Below the pieces are notes generated by a model. The model saw only the letters and a list, made by a program, of their open reading frames with translations. It was not told the origin of the DNA and searched no databases. Made by a program: the position numbers and the translations under genes. This document shows, piece by piece, positions 9,187 through 18,207 of a stretch of DNA of 51,766 nucleotides (the stretch's first letter is position 1; each line of letters opens with the position of its first letter). Source of the DNA: Candidatus Nanopelagicaceae bacterium (lineage in GTDB: Bacteria; Actinomycetota; Actinomycetes; Nanopelagicales; Nanopelagicaceae); assembly GCA_963924835.1 (NCBI GenBank), contig CAWURN010000004.1, forward strand, positions 1 to 51,766, given 5' to 3'.

Positions 9187-9796
9187 GTCGCTTGTACAGA
9201 CTTCCTGTTAATTGGGAAAGCGCAATAAATTGCATTGCCACCCAGATAATTGAGATTGCAGTATCGAGCTCAAAATTAAGAACATTTGCAACTATTGCAA
9301 TAAAGATAAGGCTCGCTCGAACTGGACGTTCGCAAATTGTTACGATTCCTACTTCTTCATAGCCAAGCCCGCCCGCTCTTGCCCGCAAATATTCTTGAAT
9401 GTACGTTGCAAGTAGCGCAAGGAAAACGAAGATGGCTGGGGCACCTAATCTATAGAGTGCGAGTGCCCAGAAAATTTCGGATAGCCGATCTACGAATGAA
9501 TCAGTAAAGGCACCAAACTTTGAGGTAACTCTTGAAACTATCGCGAGTGAACCATCAATCCCATCGAAAAATAATGAGAGGACTAGAAAAATTGCGGCTG
9601 CCCAACTATTTGCAAATTGCCAAAGGGCAACTGCTGTTGCTAACCCAGCAAGCGTTAGGAAATTTGGTGTGACTTTCAATTTGGCTAGTGGTTTTACAAC
9701 TGCGAATGAAATTTGCAGCCAAGCCTTAACGATTCCCTCGATCTTCGCATCCCCATGCAATTTTGACCAGGTCGCGAAAAACTCTTCTTTACTCAC
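9176..9796 (-). CDS. CDP-alcohol phosphatidyltransferase family protein
   Basis: TPN and DGIDGSLA...FGAFTDSFVDR signature. Confidence 0.85.
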   Translation of the reverse strand: MSKEEFFATWSKLHGDAKIEGIVKAWLQISFAVVKPLAKLKVTPNFLTLAGLATAVALWQFANSWAAAIFLVLSLFFDGIDGSLAIVSRVTSKFGAFTDSFVDRLSEIFWALALYRLGAPAIFVFLALLATYIQEYLRARAGGLGYEEVGIVTICERPVRASLIFIAIVANVLNFELDTAISIIWVAMQFIALSQLTGSLYKRLTS

Positions 9797-10646
9797 GGCT
9801 AGTTAATCCAAGGTTTGTGCAAATTTCCAAAGTTGCCGAAGCGGTATTCATTGTGTAGAAATGTAAACCAGGAACCTTCAGCGCAATTAACTCAGCACAG
9901 AGTTTTGTTGCAAGTTCGGCACCGACTTTTCGCACCACATCTGGGTCTTCGGAAATTTCATTAAACAACTTAGAAATATCGCCCGGAATTGGCGTGCCAC
10001 CAAGTTCGGCCATGCGATTTAATTGTTTAACATTTGTAATCGGCAAAATTCCAGCAATGATTGGGAGATTAGATCCCCGCGCCGATAACTTTGAGACCAA
10101 AGTTTCCCACTTAGAGCTTTCGAAAAAGAACTGTGTTGTTGCAAATGTTGCACCTAATTGCTCTTTGCGAATCAGAACATCAATATCTTTCTCTGAATTA
10201 CCACTACTTGCCGGATGTCCATCGGGAAATGCCGCTACTCCAACATCAAATCCACCTTGGCTAATTGCAAGTTCAACTAATTGATCAGCATGATCAAAGC
10301 CACCGTCAGTTGTAACCCAATTTGCGGCTGGTCCCCCAACTGGATCGCCGCGAAGTGCCAGAATGCTCTTTATTCCTGCACCTTTGTATTGACTAAGAAT
10401 TTCAAGCAATTCATCTTTTGTAGAACCCACGCAGGTTAAATGTGCAACAGTGCCGCGCCCAGTTCGCTTGGTAATCTCTTTTGTAATCTGGATTGTGCGA
10501 TCGCGAGTGCTTCCACCCGCGCCATATGTCACTGAAATAAAATCAGGCGCAATGGTTTCCAGCGCAGAGCTAGCCTCCCAGAGTCGCGCTTCTCCAGCGT
10601 CGTCCTTTGGTGGAAAAAACTCCACCGAGACTGTCATATCTTTCAT
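9789..10646 (-). CDS. metF: 5,10-methylenetetrahydrofolate reductase
   Basis: SVEFFPPK, SVTYGAGG, AHLTCVG, LALRGDP, TQFFF and LHFYTMN motifs. Confidence 0.95.
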   Translation of the reverse strand: MKDMTVSVEFFPPKDDAGEARLWEASSALETIAPDFISVTYGAGGSTRDRTIQITKEITKRTGRGTVAHLTCVGSTKDELLEILSQYKGAGIKSILALRGDPVGGPAANWVTTDGGFDHADQLVELAISQGGFDVGVAAFPDGHPASSGNSEKDIDVLIRKEQLGATFATTQFFFESSKWETLVSKLSARGSNLPIIAGILPITNVKQLNRMAELGGTPIPGDISKLFNEISEDPDVVRKVGAELATKLCAELIALKVPGLHFYTMNTASATLEICTNLGLTSRE

Positions 10647-10654
10647 AGCGGGTC

Positions 10655-10664
10655 AGGTTACCCT
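10655..10664. promoter_or_regulatory. Overlapping back-to-back -10 elements for metF and crtE (leaderless)
   Basis: AGGTTACCCT: minus-strand TAACCT 8 nt before the metF ATG and plus-strand TACCCT 6 nt before the crtE GTG; no SD in the 24-bp gap. Confidence 0.6.
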
Positions 10665-10670
10665 TACGCC

Positions 10671-11744
10671 GTGAGTTTTTCTGCTACCAATGACCTTAAA
10701 GAGATTCGTAATTTAGTAAATCAAGAATTACTTAACTTCGTGGCAGTTGAGAACAAATACCTCAATGAGATTGCCTCTGAATTGGCTCCAGTTGCTACCG
10801 CTATGGAGCGCTTCCTGTTAGACAGCGGAAAACGGCTTCGCCCACTCTTTGCATATATTGGATTTCTTGGAACTGGTTCCAAGCCCAGTGTAGAAATTCT
10901 TCGCGCTTGCGCTGCTCTTGAATTGGTTCATGTTTGTGCGCTTATGCACGATGATGTAATGGATGCATCCGATACTCGACGTGGTGCGCCCTCAATTCAT
11001 AGAGCATTTGAAGCGTTGCATGCTGAAAAAAAATTAAGTGGATCCAGCGAGCAATTTGGAATTTCGGCAGCCATTTTACTTGGAGATTTAGCACTTGTTT
11101 GGTCTGCAAAGATGTTGCACCAATCCGGCATCGATAATGAATCGATGATTCGCTCGTTCCCAATGTATGACGAGATGCGAGTTGAATTAATGGCTGGGCA
11201 ATTTCTCGATATTTACGAGCAAGCATTTGCCTCTGAGTCTGTTGAAAGATCTTTAAAAGTTGCTCGATATAAATCTGGTAAATACACAATTGAACGGCCT
11301 CTTCACTTCGGTGCAGCACTTGGCGGTGCAAACGAAAATCTTCTCAAAACTTACTCTGATTACGGTTTGCCACTTGGTGAAGCGTTCCAACTTCGAGATG
11401 ATGTACTAGGGATTTTCGGTAATCCTGATGAAACAGGAAAGCCGGCAGGTGATGATTTACGTGAAGGAAAACGCACGGTTCTTCTTGCCAAAACCATGGA
11501 ACTTGCGGATGAAAAGTCCAAGGCAGTTATCAAAAGCGCATTGGGCAATCCAAGATTGACCCTGGAAGATGTAACTGCAATTCGTGAAATTATCATTGGC
11601 TGCGGCGCACTTGTTGAGGTTGAAAAACTTATTTCTTCGATGACTTCCAGCGCGCAATCGGCCCTCGAACATGGTGAAATTGACCCAGTGGGAAGGGTTG
11701 CATTGACGCAGCTTTTAACCATAGTCACCCAACGAACTCTTTAA
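10671..11744 (+). CDS. crtE: Polyprenyl (geranylgeranyl) diphosphate synthase
   Basis: GKRLRP, HDDVMD, RRG, FQLRDD and GDDLREGK motifs. Confidence 0.9.
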   Translation: MSFSATNDLKEIRNLVNQELLNFVAVENKYLNEIASELAPVATAMERFLLDSGKRLRPLFAYIGFLGTGSKPSVEILRACAALELVHVCALMHDDVMDASDTRRGAPSIHRAFEALHAEKKLSGSSEQFGISAAILLGDLALVWSAKMLHQSGIDNESMIRSFPMYDEMRVELMAGQFLDIYEQAFASESVERSLKVARYKSGKYTIERPLHFGAALGGANENLLKTYSDYGLPLGEAFQLRDDVLGIFGNPDETGKPAGDDLREGKRTVLLAKTMELADEKSKAVIKSALGNPRLTLEDVTAIREIIIGCGALVEVEKLISSMTSSAQSALEHGEIDPVGRVALTQLLTIVTQRTL

Positions 11745-11758
11745 GTATTGGATATTAA

Positions 11759-13243
11759 ATGCCGGCTCGCGTAAAAGGACCTACTGATCATGTTGTAATT
11801 GTTGGCGCTGGACTTGGCGGCTTAAGTGCTGCGCTCCGACTTGCAGGCGCTGGTCGAAAAGTTACTGTCATCGAACGCGAAAGTGTTCCGGGTGGCCGCA
11901 ATGGCTTAATGAATAAAGATGGATATTCCTTCGATACTGGACCATCAGTTCTGACAATGCCTGACTTAATCCAAGATGCTCTTTCCTGTGTTGGCGAGAA
12001 ACTTGAAGACTGGTTGGAATTACTCCCATTGAAGCCGTTGTATCGCGCTTTTTATCATGATGGTTCCACTCTTGACGTGCACGCCGAAACTGGTCGCATG
12101 CAAGAAGAGATTAGAAATGTAATTGGCCCAGATGAAGCCGCAGGTTACGGTAGATATGTTGAATTCGTAACAAAGCTTTATAAATATGAGATGAAAGATT
12201 TTATCGACCGTAATATTGATTCACCTTTTAACCTTTTAACTCCAAATTTAGCAAGACTTGTTGCACTAGGTGGTTTCCGCAGACTGGCTCCGAAGGTAAA
12301 TGACTTTCTCAAGGATCCTCGTACTCAAAAGGTTTATTCATTTCAAGCAATGTATGCCGGTGTAAGCCCGCAACAGGCCCTAGCAATTTATGCAGTTATT
12401 GCATATATGGATTCAGTAAATGGTGTCTTCTTCCCGAAGGGCGGAATGCATGCGGTTCCCCGCGCACTTGCCGGAGCTGCTGCGAAGCATGGAGTTGAAT
12501 TTAAATACAACCAGACCGTTACATCTATTGAACATTCTGGTGGGCGTGCGCGCGCAGTTATAACTGCAAATGGCGATCGCATCCCATGTGATGCCGTGAT
12601 TCTAAATCCAGATCTTCCGGTTGCTTGGCGCGAACTACTTGGCCGAACTCCGCCATCTGTTAAGCGTCTAACTTATTCGCCTTCATGCGTGACTATGTTA
12701 ATTGGCTCTAATAAGAGTTATGACCGCTTGGCTCATCACAATATTCACTTTGGAAAATCATGGGATGGCGTTTTCGATGAACTCATCAAGAAGAAGACCC
12801 TAATGACTGATCCAAGTTTGCTAGTCACAGTGCCAACTCACGATGATAAAGATTTAGCTCCCGCCGGAAAGAACTCATATTATGTTCTCTTCCCCACCCC
12901 AAATCTTTCAGCAGACATTGATTGGAAAGTTACCGGGCCTAAATATCGGGACCAGATGTTGCGCACGATGGAAGAACGAGGCTACGAAGGATTTGCTGAC
13001 TCCATTGAAGTCGAACACATGACAACGCCACTTGATTGGCAGAATCAGGGCATGGAACAAGGCGCCCCATTTGCAAGTGCACATACCTTCTTCCAAACCG
13101 GGCCATTTCGTCCAAGAAATATTGCAAAGGGCTTTGAGAATGTTGTTTTCGCTGGCTCTGGAACTCAACCTGGTGTTGGTGTGCCAATGGTTTTAATTTC
13201 TGGTCGACTTGCAGCAGAAAGAATAGTGGGACCTGTTAAATAA
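11759..13243 (+). CDS. crtI: Phytoene desaturase
   Basis: GAGLGG, FDTGPSVLT, HTFFQTGPFRP and GTQPGVGVPMV motifs; between crtE and crtB. Confidence 0.92.
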   Translation: MPARVKGPTDHVVIVGAGLGGLSAALRLAGAGRKVTVIERESVPGGRNGLMNKDGYSFDTGPSVLTMPDLIQDALSCVGEKLEDWLELLPLKPLYRAFYHDGSTLDVHAETGRMQEEIRNVIGPDEAAGYGRYVEFVTKLYKYEMKDFIDRNIDSPFNLLTPNLARLVALGGFRRLAPKVNDFLKDPRTQKVYSFQAMYAGVSPQQALAIYAVIAYMDSVNGVFFPKGGMHAVPRALAGAAAKHGVEFKYNQTVTSIEHSGGRARAVITANGDRIPCDAVILNPDLPVAWRELLGRTPPSVKRLTYSPSCVTMLIGSNKSYDRLAHHNIHFGKSWDGVFDELIKKKTLMTDPSLLVTVPTHDDKDLAPAGKNSYYVLFPTPNLSADIDWKVTGPKYRDQMLRTMEERGYEGFADSIEVEHMTTPLDWQNQGMEQGAPFASAHTFFQTGPFRPRNIAKGFENVVFAGSGTQPGVGVPMVLISGRLAAERIVGPVK

Positions 13244-14143
13244 ATGGATGAGTTAACGGTTGCCGGAATAACTGATCCCCAACTTAGGGCTTCGTATACC
13301 GAATGCAAACGTTTAAATTCGCTTCATGGAAAAACTTATTACCTAGCAACGCTTCTTCTTCCACCTGCTAAACGTCCCTTCGTGCATGCGCTATACGGCT
13401 TTGCTAGATATGCCGATGAAATTGTTGATGATCTAAATTCGACGCTTACTGATGAAGAGAAAGCAGTAGAACTATCAACTTGGGGAAACCAGGTATTAAA
13501 AGATATTAAAAGCGGAACAAGTTCAGACCACATTGGCCGAGCGCTCGTCGATACCGTTACAAGATTTGATATCCCAATTTCCTATTTCGAAGCATTTTTA
13601 CATTCGATGACCATGGATTTAACGGTGAGCGAATACCAAAGTTTTGAAGACCTCATGGAATATGTTTACGGATCTGCATCAGTAATTGGTTTACAAATGC
13701 TTCCTATCTTGGGCTCGACTTCACCCCAAGCACTGATTGCGGCCGAGAAACTTGGAACTGCATTTCAGCTGGCAAATTTCATCCGAGATGTTGATGAAGA
13801 TTTAGACCGCGGGCGAATTTATCTACCTATTCAAGAGTTAGCAGCGCATGGCGTTACCCATGAAATGTTGGTAGAAAGAGTTTTAACTCCACAAATTAAA
13901 GCCGCACTTCAAGAACAGATCGCCCGGGTCCGACGTTTGCAAGAAGAGGCTGCTCCTGGAATCAAATTGTTAGCACCGCAATCTCAAGCCTGTATTGAAG
14001 CCGCATCAGAGCTCTACTGTGGGATTGTTGATGAAGTAGAGAAAATTGACTACGAAATTTTTACTAAGCGTGCGAAGACTTCAACTTGGCGCCGAATTAA
14101 GGTTGCTTTTCCAGCACTACTTAGGGCGCGCGCAGCACGATAA
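13244..14143 (+). CDS. crtB: Phytoene synthase
   Basis: LYGFARYADEIVD, FQLANFIRDVDED and GRIYLP motifs. Confidence 0.93.
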   Translation: MDELTVAGITDPQLRASYTECKRLNSLHGKTYYLATLLLPPAKRPFVHALYGFARYADEIVDDLNSTLTDEEKAVELSTWGNQVLKDIKSGTSSDHIGRALVDTVTRFDIPISYFEAFLHSMTMDLTVSEYQSFEDLMEYVYGSASVIGLQMLPILGSTSPQALIAAEKLGTAFQLANFIRDVDEDLDRGRIYLPIQELAAHGVTHEMLVERVLTPQIKAALQEQIARVRRLQEEAAPGIKLLAPQSQACIEAASELYCGIVDEVEKIDYEIFTKRAKTSTWRRIKVAFPALLRARAAR

Positions 14144-14160
14144 TTTGCTAACGTTTGCCG

Positions 14161-14244
14161 GGACGGGAGCCGAGAGATTGGCTGAGAGGGTCTGAAATTC
14201 AGATCGACCGTAGAACCAGTTCGGTAATGCGAATTGGAAAGGGG
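14161..14244 (+). ncRNA. TPP-family riboswitch, variant lacking the J4/5-J5/4 pyrophosphate-binding loop
   Basis: CGGGAG, P3 GCCGA-GAGA-TTGGC, CTGAGAG, extra hairpin GGTCTGA-AAT-TCAGATC, GACCG, TAGAACC and L5 GTAATG; P4/P5 is a continuous CCAGTTCG/CGAATTGG helix; lies directly before the SD of a PnuC gene. Confidence 0.85.
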
Positions 14245-14251
14245 TTAGTCG

Positions 14252-14842
14252 ATGAATTTAATGATTACAGTTTTTACTGCTTGGGGATATGAACTTTCCC
14301 TTTTAGAACTTCTTGCATTCATAACTTCAATTATCGGGGTGTCACTTGGGGTTTTTGGCCCACGAATTACTTGGCCATTTTGGAGTATAAGTTCTCTGCT
14401 TTATGCCGCACTGTTCTTTCAGTGGAATTACTATGCAAGTGGTTTTCTGCAATTCATCTTTATCGCGGGTGCAATCGCTGGTTGGTTTGGCTGGGGACCA
14501 AAGGGAGCAAAACCAAAGCGACTTACTAAACGTGATGCTGCAATCTGGGGTGCTGCATATTTAGTCGCCTGGTTTTCACTTTATCCAATTCTTAAGAAGA
14601 TCGGTGCCGCAGCATCTTTAACTGATGCTTTTGGTTTTGTAGGAAGTTGCATTGCACAATTACTCATGGTGCTTCAACGCTATGAAAGTTGGATAATTTG
14701 GGTGGTAGTTGATCTGGTTTATACCTACCAATATTGGAATGGCAAAAATTATTTAACAGCAATTCTTTACTTTATCTTTGTATTAATCGCTGTTGCTGGT
14801 TGGAAGCGGTGGTTACGTGAATCCGCAACTTCCAGAGCTTAA
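14252..14842 (+). CDS. pnuC: PnuC-family vitamin transporter (PnuT/thiamine-type by regulation)
   Basis: LELLA, LQF, GWFGW, DAF...AQLLM.LQRYESWIIWVVVD and GWKRW motifs; preceded by a TPP-like riboswitch. Confidence 0.85.
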   Translation: MNLMITVFTAWGYELSLLELLAFITSIIGVSLGVFGPRITWPFWSISSLLYAALFFQWNYYASGFLQFIFIAGAIAGWFGWGPKGAKPKRLTKRDAAIWGAAYLVAWFSLYPILKKIGAAASLTDAFGFVGSCIAQLLMVLQRYESWIIWVVVDLVYTYQYWNGKNYLTAILYFIFVLIAVAGWKRWLRESATSRA

Positions 14843-15374
14843 GCAGTTACTACCTAAACTCGTCGCGAAGTGTGGCGCGTGCATCGTCATAACTATTGAT
14901 GGCCCAGCCGGTTCGGGCAAAACAACTTTGGCGAAAAATCTAGAATTAGAATTAGATTCGGTTCATACAATTCATATGGATGATTTATATGAAGGTTGGA
15001 GCTCTACCCTTACACCGAAGCTGACTGTAAAATTGTCAAAAATTTTAGAGTGTGTAAAGACCTCAGGTGAAGTAATTTATTCGCCATTTGATTGGGGGGC
15101 CAACAAACTAAAAGCTGAAATGCACATTGCGGCACCAAAATATTTAATTATTGAAGGTGTTGGGTCTGGTCAATTAGCCGTCAAGAATTCAGTATCCCTG
15201 GCGCTCTGGATTGAAGTCCCAGACCATATGGGTTTAGCCCGGGTCATTGAACGTGATGGCCCGGCGGTAGCTGATTACATGCCCGCATTTCTTGTGGCGC
15301 AAAACATTCATTTTGAAAAAGAAGGCACTAAGAAGAGGTCGGATTACCACTTAAGTGGGCTGGGCATTGTCTAA
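14817..15374 (+). CDS. P-loop nucleoside kinase (uridine kinase/NRK-like)
   Basis: IDGPAGSGKTT Walker A, HMDDLY, IIEGVG and RVIERDG; probable GTG start at 14817 overlapping the pnuC end (the track starts at 14793). Confidence 0.75.
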   Translation: MNPQLPELKQLLPKLVAKCGACIVITIDGPAGSGKTTLAKNLELELDSVHTIHMDDLYEGWSSTLTPKLTVKLSKILECVKTSGEVIYSPFDWGANKLKAEMHIAAPKYLIIEGVGSGQLAVKNSVSLALWIEVPDHMGLARVIERDGPAVADYMPAFLVAQNIHFEKEGTKKRSDYHLSGLGIV

Positions 15375-15383
15375 GATTTAAGC

Positions 15384-17303
15384 GTGTCTGACTTAACCGG
15401 CGAAATTATCGATAATCGCTATCAACTAAAACACGTTATAGCGGCGGGTGGCATGGCCACTATTTATTACGCACTTGATCTTCGACTAGACCGGCCGGTT
15501 GCAGTAAAAATAATGCATCCACATTTAGCAAACGATGAAGACTTTGTCGGTAGATTTATTCGCGAAGCTAAAGCGGCCGCAGCACTCGCTCATCCAAATA
15601 TTGTTGCAATTCAAGATCAAGGTTGGAACGAAGGTGGCGTTCCCGCAGTATTCATAGTTATGGAATACATCGATGGCTTTACCTTGCGTGACGTAATTAA
15701 TGACCAGGGCGCGCTTGGTGTTACCGAAAGTTTGAGATATTTCGCGCCAGTAATTGCAGCTATATCTGCCGCGCATAACGCTGGAATCCTGCATCGAGAT
15801 ATAAAGCCAGAAAATATTTTAATATCCAAGGAAGGCCGAGTTAAAGTTGCCGATTTTGGTCTTGCCAAAGGTCCTCAACTTGGTGTGACCTTAACAGTTG
15901 AATCGAGCATAATTCTAGGAAGTGTCTCGTATCTATCGCCGGAACAAGTTCAACGTGGCCTTTCGGATATGCGAAGCGACATCTATTCTTTAGGAATAGT
16001 TCTATTCGAGATGCTGACTGGTAAAAAGCCGTTTGATGGTGAAAGCCCAATCCAAATTGCATATAAGCATGTAAATGAAAATGTAGCGGCTCCATCAACT
16101 CTAAATTCAAGCATTCCCCCAGAACTTGATGAAATAGTCTTGAAGGCCACGGCCAATAATCCAGATAAGAGATTTAAAGATGCTAGAGACTTGCATGAAA
16201 AGATTCTGGCGTTAATGACTAAGTTAGACCCGAGCAAAAGACAGATGAGTCTTGAACTAGATATCCCGATACCTAAAGGTCCTAAAGGTAAGGCGCCTAA
16301 AATGAAGCGTGATAAACGCGGCAAATTAGATATCATAAAAAATATAACAACTCAGATAGATCTAAAGAGGGGCAATGTTATGCGCGAGAAATCCGAAACT
16401 GTTAAACGGAAACGTGAGGTTTCTGCTCGGGTAAAACGAAATCGAGCCATAGCGCTCCTGATTATTCTAATCATCGTTGCGGCAAGCTGGTACATAATTT
16501 CCGGGCCAGGTAACAAGATTGCCATTCCATCGTTGGCTGGTATGACTCAAAGCCAAGCAGCAAAAACTGTTGCTGAACTTGGTTTGACTGTAGATGTTAT
16601 CGATAAAGTTTTTAGTGAAGATGTCCCAATTGGGAAAGTAATTACTTCAGATCCTGCGGGAGGTGGCCGAGTCGCAATTGCTGGCACGGTAAATTTAATT
16701 GTTTCTAAAGGTAAAGATCGAGTTGAAGTTCCTGATTTAGTTGGACTTACGGTTGAATTAGCAACCGCTGCCCTTAAAAGTAAAAATCTCAAGATTGGGC
16801 GCGTGACTGAACAATATAACTACACCCTAGAAGTGGGTCTGATAATTGACGGCAACCCTTCAAGTGGATCGCCAGTAAGAAGAGGCAGCAGTGTGGATTT
16901 GATAATTAGTAAAGGGCTGGAACAAGTTGAATTAGTAAATTTCCAGGGTAAGACAAGTGATCAAGCGCAAAGTGAGTTAACTGCCGCAGGATTAATTGCT
17001 AGCAGCAAATATGAATACAGCGACACAATTCCAATCGGCACGGTTATATCGCAAACCCCGAGTGACGTATCGACGGTAGGGAAAGGCGAAAAAATAACTC
17101 TTATCATTTCCAAGGGTCCTTCTAAGATATTTGTTCCCAATGTTTATTCCCTGTCGAAATTGGCGGCAACCAAGATTCTGGAAGACCTTGGTTTCAATGT
17201 TGAATTTAAATATATTGCTAAGAAGAAATCGGTCACCGATATTTCGCCAAAATCAGGGACTGCAGTCGCCCCTGGTTCGACCGTGACGATTACTTTAGGC
17301 TAA
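15384..17303 (+). CDS. pknL: Ser/Thr protein kinase with TM helix and PASTA repeats (PknL-like)
   Basis: VAVK, HRDIKPEN, DFG, one TM helix and C-terminal PASTA repeats; synteny with the polyprenyl synthase and class II DAHP synthase genes. Confidence 0.85.
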   Translation: MSDLTGEIIDNRYQLKHVIAAGGMATIYYALDLRLDRPVAVKIMHPHLANDEDFVGRFIREAKAAAALAHPNIVAIQDQGWNEGGVPAVFIVMEYIDGFTLRDVINDQGALGVTESLRYFAPVIAAISAAHNAGILHRDIKPENILISKEGRVKVADFGLAKGPQLGVTLTVESSIILGSVSYLSPEQVQRGLSDMRSDIYSLGIVLFEMLTGKKPFDGESPIQIAYKHVNENVAAPSTLNSSIPPELDEIVLKATANNPDKRFKDARDLHEKILALMTKLDPSKRQMSLELDIPIPKGPKGKAPKMKRDKRGKLDIIKNITTQIDLKRGNVMREKSETVKRKREVSARVKRNRAIALLIILIIVAASWYIISGPGNKIAIPSLAGMTQSQAAKTVAELGLTVDVIDKVFSEDVPIGKVITSDPAGGGRVAIAGTVNLIVSKGKDRVEVPDLVGLTVELATAALKSKNLKIGRVTEQYNYTLEVGLIIDGNPSSGSPVRRGSSVDLIISKGLEQVELVNFQGKTSDQAQSELTAAGLIASSKYEYSDTIPIGTVISQTPSDVSTVGKGEKITLIISKGPSKIFVPNVYSLSKLAATKILEDLGFNVEFKYIAKKKSVTDISPKSGTAVAPGSTVTITLG

Positions 17304-17334
17304 CTATTTGCTCAGCATGAGTTAGGGTTTCCCA

Positions 17335-18207
17335 ATGACTAGCCCAAGAAAATTCCCGAGGTTGGGCGCACATACTCCAACTTCTGGCGGAATGGCAAAG
17401 CGTTCTATTGCATATGCCCAAGAGGTTAAGGCCGAAGCAATTCAAGTTTTCGCTTCTAATCCGCGGGGTTGGGCAATGCCGGATGCGAATGTGGAGGCAG
17501 ATAAATTATTTCGCGATAAGGCTTTGGAATTAGATATTGAAACTTATGTGCATGCCCCATTCTTAATTAATCTCGGATCGCCAACTGTTGCTACTTATGA
17601 GAATTCGGTGGCATCTACTGCTTACTCACTTCGAAGAGCTAGTGAGATCGGTTCCAAGGGCGTAGTTGTCCATACTGGTTCAGCAGTCGATTCAGATTAT
17701 GTTGATAAAGCTTGGAAGCAGATAAAAAAAGGCATGATGCCAGTTTTAAATAAATTGAAGGATGAAGATCCCTGGTTGTTGCTTGAACCAACTGCTGGTC
17801 AAGGCCAATCATTGGTTAAGAAATTGGACGACCTACTTCACTACTTTGAAGCGCTTGAATGGCATCCGAAAGTAGGAGTTTGTCTGGATACCTGCCATGT
17901 TTTCGCAGCGGGGCATGACATTGCAAAGAAAGGTGGGATGACTGAGACTCTTGATTTACTGGTCAAATTAGTTGGAATTGAACGCATCAAACTAATTCAC
18001 ACAAATGATTCTATGGATGTTTGTGGCGCCCTAAAAGATCGCCATCAAAACCTTGGTGATGGCGAAATTGGGCTAAAAGCATTTGAAGAATTATTAGCTC
18101 ATCCAGTTGCCCAGAGCGCTCCCCTAATTCTCGAAACCCCAGGTATGGAAGCGAAACATGGTGAAGAGATAGCACTTCTATCAAAGATGCGGGCGAAGCT
18201 TAAATGA
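17335..18207 (+). CDS. nfo: Endonuclease IV
   Basis: HAPFLINL, VVHTGS, LLEPTAG, CLDTCH, DRH and ILETP motifs. Confidence 0.92.
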   Translation: MTSPRKFPRLGAHTPTSGGMAKRSIAYAQEVKAEAIQVFASNPRGWAMPDANVEADKLFRDKALELDIETYVHAPFLINLGSPTVATYENSVASTAYSLRRASEIGSKGVVVHTGSAVDSDYVDKAWKQIKKGMMPVLNKLKDEDPWLLLEPTAGQGQSLVKKLDDLLHYFEALEWHPKVGVCLDTCHVFAAGHDIAKKGGMTETLDLLVKLVGIERIKLIHTNDSMDVCGALKDRHQNLGDGEIGLKAFEELLAHPVAQSAPLILETPGMEAKHGEEIALLSKMRAKLK

